Below, piece by piece: positions 54,424-64,000 of a stretch of DNA of 64,000 nt (positions are counted from its first letter, which is position 1; every line of letters starts with the position of its first letter). The DNA comes from the human T2T-CHM13v2.0 reference genome, Homo sapiens. A program made the translations under genes and the position numbers. The stretch lies in NCBI RefSeq assembly GCF_009914755.1, contig NC_060947.1, one strand, 5' to 3'. The notes beneath the pieces are model-generated. The model had not been told where the DNA came from. It saw only the letters and a list, made by a program, of their open reading frames with translations, and ran no database searches.

Positions 54424-54579
54424 CTTTGCTCCCAGCTCATTATAATGCAATTTCAAAGCTGTTACTCTTTCATCAAGTTCTTTGGGATTTTCCGTCTGCT
54501 TTTTCTGTACAATCTGACGTCCAGTCTTTATCACCATTTCCACTTCAGACTTCACTTCACTCAGACTTTTATACAAGTT
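54424..54579 (-). CDS. DMD: Dystrophin exon 33 (156 nt; [27 protein letters not shown]...YNELGAK)
   Basis: Manual minus-strand translation; acttag|AACTTG and GCAAAG|gtgtgt. Confidence 0.97.
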
Positions 54580-57500
54580 CTAAGTTTAAACATAAAACAA
54601 AACATGATAATCAGTAGAGTTAAATTATTTCATAATATTATGAACAGAAATAAATAGAGATCCCCTTAATTGCTATTCCATGTTTGAAATTTTAATAGAG
54701 TAGCATTTTGCAGCGGTGGTCAATATCTAGCTTTTGCATTTTCTGTTGATTTAATATTTCTAATTGTCTACACACATGCATATATGTGTCATTTGCAGCT
54801 ATTCTTATTAAACAGAGAGTTAATCATATATATGTGTTTTGTGATATATATATATATTTAGTTCTTCAATCAAAGAACATAAATGTCAATTCTGAATTTT
54901 ACATGACTTCTATTTTAAATGTTGGAGTTATATAATTCTAGCCATAAATTTGGATGAATTAATTCACTCCTACATCGGGTATTTATTGAGTGGTTACTAT
55001 CAATCAGATAGTATTTGAATCACTGCGAAGTCAGTGGTGGCCAAAACACACACATTCACTATTGTTCTCATGGTACTTACATATTAGTAACATTAAAGCA
55101 CCTAAATTTCTACATCATAATTTCAATATATATTGTATCATATATAAGAAAGTAAGGTCATTTTCAATGTTAATTAAATTACACAACTTTATTTTCTTAA
55201 AAGTGCTGATGAAAACCAGATATAAAAATATTATTGACAATTCACATGTACATCACAAATATAAAGCACACACATACGGTTTCACAAAACATAGGTTGCT
55301 ATAAAAAAGCATCATAAGACAAGTGTCATAACTTTGGAAGACAGCTATGTTCACAATTATACCACCAACACCACTCCAACACCACTTGATGTCTTAATTT
55401 TGCTTTGTAGTTTTCCTAGAAATATATGTCTTTGTATGTATGTGGCCATGTATTCAAATATATGTACGTGTGTGTATATACGTATACACGTATATATAAT
55501 AGTTTACATTATGTATCTCTGCTTTAATTTGTTTAGTCATAAATCTGAACTATCAGTACTTATTTTAGTATTACCAAAAAATAAACCTGACAGTAGGTAA
55601 TTGTTTTTATGGAATTAGAACAAAAATTGGGTTTAATTTCTCTTTTCAGTTTAAAAGTAATGTCTAAAAAAAAGCATTTTGTAAAGGCTGGACAATTATC
55701 TGATCAATGCTACATGTATATTTCCATATTAATCCTCTTTGACAACTGATGTTAACATTCCTTCATCACTAATAATTATGACTTTTGTCTGAGTTTCCCA
55801 GATGATATTATTTACTTCATTTTACTTTTTTCTTAGAAGATATAAAAATATCTGTGTATCTGGAAACACTGAAATTAATTATTATGTTGGAAATCAACGA
55901 TGCTAATTTGGAATCAGAGATTTTTCTAAATTATTTACTCTCTGAACTTCAAAAAATATAAATGCTTTATTTTGATGAAGAAAGTTCCCTCAAGGTACCG
56001 TTAGCCATTAACATCGTTTCATTCAATAGGCAAGTAAAATATTTATAAACAAAGGGGAGAAATATTATTTATATTTGTGTTCATGAAAGTAAGACTTTTA
56101 TAAATAGACAAACATGTCTTGAAGGCAAGACTATGATTATGGTATACACCACAAAGCATCGTAAACAATGAAAAAACTAAACAGTGTAAGGATATTCTTA
56201 TGAAAGAACTGCTTCAATTGGTCCTGACATTTAAACCAGAACCAGAAACCAATTGAGCAAATGCCTTGAGCAGTTTCCTTTGTACTGACGCAGGGCACAG
56301 TCACAGCTTGACACAGGTGAGATTGTTTTCAGCTCATATTTACTGTTAGATACATTTTATAAGGTAACATTAGAGACCTGTTTCTAGAAAAGAACGAAAA
56401 GTGCTCACTTTGCAAATATTAGTCATGAATAAGGCACTTGGGTCATTTATGCTTTCCTTTTTTTTTTTTTTTTTTTGGCAAAATTTAAGATGGGATATGT
56501 TCCCATATATTCCTATCCTTACTCATCTAATATCAACTAACTACTTTCTATCATTTCTATTCCAAGTTTCTTTTTGGGGGTGAGAATAATTAAAGTAATT
56601 ATACCACTAAAATGCAGCTTGAATTATGAAAATATATTATCGAATAAGAATACCTCATATTTTTCACACATAAATATATGTATTTATTTTAAGATATTTG
56701 TTAAAAAGAAAAATATTTCCCCATTCATGATATGACTACGATGTATCTGAAGGACTCTGTTTTTCATTGATATTATGGAGTAGATGTAGAAACAATACTT
56801 AAAATATCAAGTACTAAATAGACTCGTTTTCCCTTTAATAACATTCTGTGTTTTCATTTTATGTGACTTCCCACTCTAATGGCCGATAGTACATGTAGAG
56901 TTATAATAATACTTATGTTACTCGAGTAGATGCAATCATACCTCAGCTTTGTTTTCAGAGGAATCATCTCAGTTGGTGAGTTTCCAATAACAGCAACATA
57001 GGACTCCGTTCAATATTATAAAGTTTAAATCAGATTTATACTTTAGGCTATTTGTACCTTTCCATGCCTTTTAATTCGGTGTTGTCTTGAGGCATTTCAC
57101 TGTATATCCAGTACTGGTGTTTAAAGGAAAGTTATTAAAGTTTGGAATAAGAGTACCTGAATTGGAATCTTGCTTTGCCATTCACCAGCTGTTTGTCCTT
57201 AAATTCTCTCAGGTAATCTGTAGCCTTAAGAATTAAAGGTGACTTCTGTATGTCACGTAGTTTACCTGGCATCCATTATTTCTGAAGTTGTTAGGATTAT
57301 TGCAACTACTGTTGTTGTTACTATTTTTAGATTAATATATTTCCTTTCTAGATTTCCATTTAAAATATATTTAAAGAATCATAAAAATTAAACACAAGCA
57401 ACATCCTTTTATATTCTGCACAGTTCTTAGCAGAATTATAGACTCAAAAAAGACACACAGAATAGGCCACAATACATGTGCCAATTTTTGTTCTCAATCT

Positions 57501-57621
57501 TAAAATTACATAGTATAATTATTATGGTTATCTGAAAACAATTCTCTCTTATAAAAGAGCAGTTACTTCTTAATGAGGAAAGTCAAGGGGTACCTGCGTA
57601 TTTGCCACCAGAAATACATAC

Positions 57622-57795
57622 CACACAATGATTTAGCTGTGACTGTACTACTTCCTGTTCCACACTCTTTGTTTCCAATGCAGGCAAGTGCATCTTCACT
57701 TCATCTAAAATCATCTTACTTTCTTGTAGACGCTGCTCAAAATTGGCTGGTTTCTGGAATAATCGAAACTTCATGGAGACATCTTGTAATTTTTT
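57622..57795 (-). CDS. DMD: Dystrophin exon 32 (174 nt; KKLQDVSMKFRLFQKPANFEQRL...SQLNHCV)
   Basis: ORF 57583..57774 matches dystrophin; ttacag|AAAAAA and TGTGTG|gtatgt. Confidence 0.98.
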
Positions 57796-58191
57796 CTGTA
57801 AGGACAGTGTAAAAAGGCACTGATTTAATTTTGCCTTTCAAACAATAACTGGTCCTATTTTTATTGATAGATCTGCCTTTATTTCTGAAGATATACAGAA
57901 AAATAAAAACAAAATAAAGCAGTATTTTTCCATTCATCCAACACAGGAAAACATACATTTGGGAGAATGATTCAGTAGTTTTTTCTTAATGTTATACTAA
58001 ATAAAAGGTAATTTATTAACCTATTTTATCTTTAAAATGTAGAGAGCAAAACACTCATTGTTTAGACATCAAATTATAGTTTTCAAATAATGTCCTCAAA
58101 TCCAATCTTGCCAATAATCAAGTTGTCCAATATAGACTGGAGTATAATGCCCAACGAAAACACGTTCCTTAGTTTCTGAAATAACATATAC

Positions 58192-58302
58192 CTGTGCAAC
58201 ATCAATCTGAGACAGGACTCTTTGGGCAGCCTCCTTCCCCTGATTATGTTTCTTCATTTCTTCTAAACTGATCTCATGACTTGTCAAATCAGATTGGATT
58301 TT
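58192..58302 (-). CDS. DMD: Dystrophin exon 31 (111 nt; KIQSDLTSHEISLEEMKKHNQGKEAAQRVLSQIDVAQ)
   Basis: Translation matches human dystrophin; acceptor caacag|AAAATC, donor GCACAG|gtatat; phase 0/0. Confidence 0.98.
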
Positions 58303-58430
58303 CTGTTGGGAGGACAGCATTATTAGTCAGCATGCTCTACAAAGAACAACTAACTTTCCAAGAAGACGAAATTCAGAAACTCTCCTCAACCACCTCTACC
58401 ATGTAGCTTCCTTTAAAATGACCGTAAATT

Positions 58431-58497
58431 GGCCAAGAGTGGTGGTTCACACCTGTAATCCTAGCACTTTGGGAGGTCGAGGCAGGTGGATCACCTA
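58431..58497 (+). mobile_element. Short Alu left-arm fragment
   Basis: ggccaagagtggtggttcacacctgtaatcctagcactttgggagg. Confidence 0.8.
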
Positions 58498-58794
58498 AAT
58501 AGAATTATCATAAATATTTTTTACTTTCATAAATTATCCAAGTGAAACGATTTATTTCTTCCCTATGGGATTATTATGAAAAAAGCAATAATCATTTTGA
58601 GTCAATATCAACTATTTCAGATATCATTTTCAATAGGTAATTTATATATTATATGTAGAATTGATATGTTTTATCTTTGAAGTCACACTCAAATCGGACC
58701 AAAGACATGATGTTAATCTGTAAGATTCAGCCAACTGTGACAGGGATGAGATATAATGAGAAAATTGCATGTGGAAAATACTCCTTAATTACCT

Positions 58795-58940
58795 TCTTTT
58801 TATTTTATTTTATTTTATTTTGTAGAGGCAGAGTCTTGCTATGTGACCCAGCCTGGTCCCAAACTCCTGGTCTTAAGCAATTCTCCTGTCTCAGCCTCCC
58901 ACAGAGCTGTGATTATAGGCGTGAGCCACTGTGCCTGGCC
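58795..58940 (-). mobile_element. FLAM/Alu monomer
   Basis: T-rich tail then tagaggcagagtcttgctatgtgacccagcctgg...gagccactgtgcctggcc. Confidence 0.85.
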
Positions 58941-60363
58941 TTAGTGTAGTCTACTCAGTCATTATGTGCCATATTTCAGTTAAATTTCAGGGAAGCTATG
59001 AATCTAAGAAATGGAAGTCAAATGCCCCAAACAGGTATTGCTATTTGTCTGATAGATATTTGATGGCTTCCGGCAGATACTGATTGTGAATTTTAGATAA
59101 CTATAAAACATTTCAATATTTATATATTCAATAAAGACATTTTCGATCAAGTTCTATAGTAAAGTATATTCTGCATTTAACATATGAATTTCTGAGCCAG
59201 TTATACGCAGGGATCTCTGCAGCATGTGGACACGAACACAATACATTTATTTATTTATTTCTGTCAAATCCATACAAAATCAGCTAGCGGTCAAATCATT
59301 CTAATTTAAAATTCAGTCATTATTAGATTATTATAATTTAGAGCAGAAACTAAATTATACCAGAGTGCCCATAACATTATCATGCAGATCATTTTGTATA
59401 ACGTATATTAGTGTAAGTGAATTTACACCAATTGGAGTAAATTCTGATACATATCATTAGAAGATAACATCAGTTTTGCTTAGCAGTTTCCAGAGCGAAC
59501 TATAGCCCTGAACTGAGTAATGAGAATTATACCAAGAACATGGACTAAGTGGTTAAGGAGCTCCTTATGCAAGGTTATAAATTCACAGATGTACCTCAAT
59601 ATTATTCCTTAGAATATTAATCCTAACAATTATAGAGGCAAATCAATTATGAATTACCTAAATAGTTAGAATTCTGCCTTAAAACAAATGAGAGCAAATA
59701 CGCATATAAATGTATCTTATTTTATTACCATATCGATGATCTTCATTGGTTGAATAACTACCTTGTGTGAGAAATATTGATATGTTTCGTGAACCTAGAA
59801 TCTGGGAGTAGGGATCCATCTAGGTGCATGACGTTATTTATAGAGCAAGAAACATCACAGAATCTATAAAATTGGATGGAAGTATGCAGGGTGGAGTGAT
59901 GCTTGTACGGAGGATGTCATAAGGGAGTTGATGTTAAAGTAGAACTTTCAATAATTAGTAAGCATTGCTGGGAGTAACAGATGCTTTAGAGGGGTTATGG
60001 CTAGGGCCTTTCATCTTGGAAATGTTAATCCTCCTCAAAAAGGTGGGCCAGTAACAACCATGTCTGTGCCACGTAATTCTGGCCAACTCCATGTTATGGG
60101 TGATCAGAATACACACAATGCTTGTGTTAAGAGAGAATCATCAGAATCTCTCTCAGAAAATTAGAATTGACAGAAGAGTCTGGTCAAACTGTGAGTGCTT
60201 CGAATTGTGTCACATATACTAGCAAATTGTGCTTACGAAGTCCCTAGTTTGCAGAGTGGATTGAGGAAGAGCAAAGGTCCATGAACAGAGAGAGAAGAAA
60301 GAAGTAGATGCATAGGGAGTGAGGTGGTAACAAAAACACTGATGGCTTCCAATGCGGTATGGC

Positions 60364-60680
<317 letters not shown>

Positions 60681-60704
60681 CGTAGATAGCATTTTCGAAA
60701 GAGG

Positions 60705-61200
60705 GCTGCAATAATAGCTCCCACAGCACATGCTCCTCTTACCACTCCCTCAACAAGAGGTGAAGTTTATTTCTTCAGCTCTTTAAATCTGGGTTGACTC
60801 TTTGACTGCTTTGACCAATAGAATATAGTCCAAGTGCCAGTTATGGCAAAAGTCCTTAAGTGGCCTGGCAGCTTCCACGTCTATCTTTTTAGAACAGTCA
60901 TTCTTAGGGTGCTCCCTTTTAGAATCCATCCAACATATTATGCTCTGAGAAAGCTAAGTAACATCGAAAGGCCATGGATAAGTGCTTCAGCAACAATCAC
61001 AACAAGGCTTTCAGCCAACAACTGCTAGGCATGTGAATGAGTGATCTTGGACGTTCAGCCCAGTTGAGCATTCAGGTTACTATAGTATCAGACAACAATG
61101 GACTAAAATCACATAGGAAACCACAAAAGAGAACCATCCAGGTGAGCTTTCTCAACACGCAAAACCATTAGTGGGAATAATAAATGGCTATCATAAATAA
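60705..61200 (+). mobile_element. MLT1-family LTR
   Basis: gactgctttgaccaatagaat...cagccaacaactgctaggcatgtgaatgagtgatcttggacgttcagccc. Confidence 0.7.
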
Positions 61201-63023
61201 CCAAAACACAGGCATTAGTCCCTTCTTGAGTCAAAACTTTATTACTGCCCTTGGATTCTATGACACATTCCTGTTTCCATATGAAAAACCTTTCTCTCTC
61301 ATTTGTTTTGCTTTAGTTACTTCAATTTTGTTACTTCTAAATGAGAGTCCTAAATACTGTATATGCATACTGGATACGCAAGGATATAGGAGTTGTAAAA
61401 ACAAAAGCATTTCTGGTTGAAGAGAGACAAGGTGTGGAGACAGGGCACTGAAGAGCATAAGGAGTTTGGCAAAATTTAACAAGAAATGTAGGTAGAAATC
61501 AGGTATTAAATACCTTTATGTCCCAAATGAATGGTTACCACTATTTTGATCACGAAGATAAATTTCAAAATTTGAAATTGATCATAATCACAGATAACAG
61601 TAGTTTTATTGCTAATATTTGATCCGATAACTAAGGAAATTCATAGGGAGGAAATGCGACTGTAAATCAGCAGTATGTTGAAGTGAGTTTGCATTTTAAT
61701 AATCACTATGTGTGTCTGTACAGAGAGAAAGAGGGAAACAGGGTACATTTGTATAATATGTATTTTTTCAGTGTTTTCAAGCGTTAGAGGAAAGCAGAAA
61801 GAGAGAACAAAGAGAGAACCATGGAGAACACAAATTTAACTGACATGGAAAGAAAAGCACCAAATAAAGAGAAAGAACAGTCAAAGAGAAAGAAAAGAAG
61901 AACTAGAAAAGAGAGAAAATCTCACATCAATTGATGTGAGAATTTTAAGAATGAGAGAGAGAGGTCAACAGTGACAGTTTGAGATAGGTTCAATGGGATC
62001 AATAGTAATCAGGGTACATGAGCTCGTCAATGACCATTGCAGCTAGAAGAGAGAAGTGGATGACGAGAGCAGAAATCGTATTTTCAAGGGCTGGCCTGAT
62101 TAAGGATCAAGGAGCACTCTAATAAAAATAGTTTAAATTACTTTTGCAGACTTTTGTCTCCACACATAATAAAATTCAGGTCAATCAGACTTGAACATAC
62201 TTTAAGGCTACATGAAAAAAGCCAACACATAAAGTGATTTTTTTTTAAATGTAAGAAGATAAACTTGATTTTAAAAAAACCTGTTTAAAGCAAGAAAACC
62301 AGAGTGAAGCACAAAGCTCAGGGCCAACGGAAAATATCAACAGGAGGAGAGGTGGCTCTTTTTCAGAAAACAAAAGTAAGATGTGAAGACGCAAGAAGTT
62401 GAATGCTTCCTACATGGTGCTCTCAGAGTATCAGGGTGAAATCACGTTAACAGTAACCAGGATTTAAATTTCAGGGCTCTCTCTTGCCACCTTGGGCAAA
62501 GCATCAACATGTTCTGAACCTTGATTTTCTCATGTCTAGCCCAAGAATGATAATAGCAAGCCAGCAATGAAGTTTTCTTATCTGAGAAATTCTCATTTCT
62601 TCAGTAGTCAACTACATTGGTTTTGGTCAAAAAGATCAGATGTGACAGTATATGTAAAAATACCTGTCCATGTTATTTGCACAAATATTTAGTTATAAGT
62701 TATCAGCGATATAACATGTCATTTCCTCGTAAGCACAAAACCCTAGGTATCTGCTGAGGATGAGAGGAGAGAATCAAGGTGGAATTTAAATCAAAGTGAT
62801 AAAAGTTCAATAGCAATTGTGGAGACTGTGAAAGGAAACTGATTTAAAAAAATAAGAATACACTCAGAGAGGGTAGAGGGCCCAAATTATACATCTGTAA
62901 TCATATCTGTGTACATGTATTTAAAAGTTTTTCCATCCCCTTAGCCTCCAAGGTTAGTAGAGGAAAAAATGAAGTATACACATAGTCCTTTAACCTTTTA
63001 TACCAGAGTGGTCAAAGAAGAGC

Positions 63024-63080
63024 AAAAAACAAAAACAAAAACAAAACAAAAAAAAAAAAACAAAAAAAAAAAAAAAAAGA
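63024..63080 (+). repeat. Interrupted poly(A)/(A5C)n tract
   Basis: Direct reading. Confidence 0.9.
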
Positions 63081-63539
63081 AATCATCATCAGTATCCTCA
63101 CCACCGCAGATATTTGTGGGAACTTATGTACTAACACTTTATATAATTAATTCCATCTCCTAATCATATTAACATAAGTATTTATCATCTTCATGTACAA
63201 ATGAAGGTAGAAACATCAACATGCCCAAGGTAACATAACTAGGAAGTAACAAACTTGCTGCCCTCTAACAATTATACTGCCTCTTTAATTATGATTTTAA
63301 AATAAAAGTATCCTCCAAATGGACATTTGTGAGAAAAAAAGAAATTTAATCTTATTCGTATGTTGATAGCATTTAGTCAATTTAATTCAACAAATCGTTC
63401 AGCTTCTACTACTCAATTCCACACAGTGAGAACAAAATTGTTGCCCCTATACTTACAGAAGCCTTATTTTAAGAGGCAGACTGTAGATATATAAGTAAAT
63501 TACAAAGCAGAAATATATGCAATGTAATAGAAAAACTAA

Positions 63540-63731
63540 CATCACACACCAGGGCCTGTCGTGGGGTGGGGGCAGGGGCGGAGGGACAGCATTAGGAGAT
63601 ATACCTAATGTAACTGACAAGTTAATGGGTGCAGCACACCAACATGTCACATGGATACATACGTAACAAACCTGCATGTTGTGCACACGTACCCTAGAAC
63701 TTAAAGTATAATTTAAAAAAATTTTAAAAAC
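63540..63731 (+). mobile_element. 5'-truncated L1PA 3' end
   Basis: catcacacaccagggcctgtcgtgggg...accctagaacttaaagtataat; TSD-like agaaaaac. Confidence 0.92.
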
Positions 63732-64000
63732 AGAAAAACCCATGCTCTGTGATCAGAAAGATAAATATTAATATCTGCTGTATAATCTGGTGATTTTTAG
63801 GAAATTTACATGATTTAACTAGCATATGGCTGAGAAAGGGTTTTGGAGGGTCAGAGAATAAGAATATAGGATCTTATTTTAGGCTGTAGGAAACAAGCTA
63901 GCAAAGATTAGGCTTGGGGCATGCAGAGTGTGTGTGCTTAATTTAATGGGAGGAAAGACTGAATGTGAGTTAGTAAGAATTACTATCTAGATGAGGAATT

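Noticed and set aside
63024-63080. Poly(A) tract as the tail of a processed pseudogene
   Set aside because: No recognisable upstream body or TSD.

Overview
Human (Alu/L1-bearing, AT-rich) genomic DNA from the middle of the dystrophin gene DMD (Xp21), transcribed on the minus strand. The window runs from intron 30 (right end) through exons 31-41 into intron 41 (left end). The 11 exons have canonical AG/GT sites, are all phase 0, and total 1689 nt (563 aa, about residues 1412-1974, spectrin repeats ~R10-R15). The haplotype appears to differ from the reference cDNA as I recall it (His1745; c.4234-13G). The introns hold Alus, L1/L2/MIR fragments, MER DNA transposons, MaLR LTRs and microsatellites. 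The most interesting hidden structure is a cluster of cryptic exons in intron 37. One is a 257-nt exon that is fully open in the dystrophin frame and returns to frame if spliced to a cryptic acceptor 46 nt upstream of exon 39, replacing exon 38 with 101 novel residues. The others are a 77-nt poison exon and a 27-nt poison microexon candidate. Nearby are RBFOX motifs, an inverted Alu pair and a 125-nt hairpin. Other notable items: exon 41 read-through with intronic polyA signals, an Alu whose linker expanded into an ~850-bp AT-rich VNTR, a twin-primed L1, and a diverged local duplication ending in poly(A). Repeat families and boundaries were assigned by eye and are approximate.
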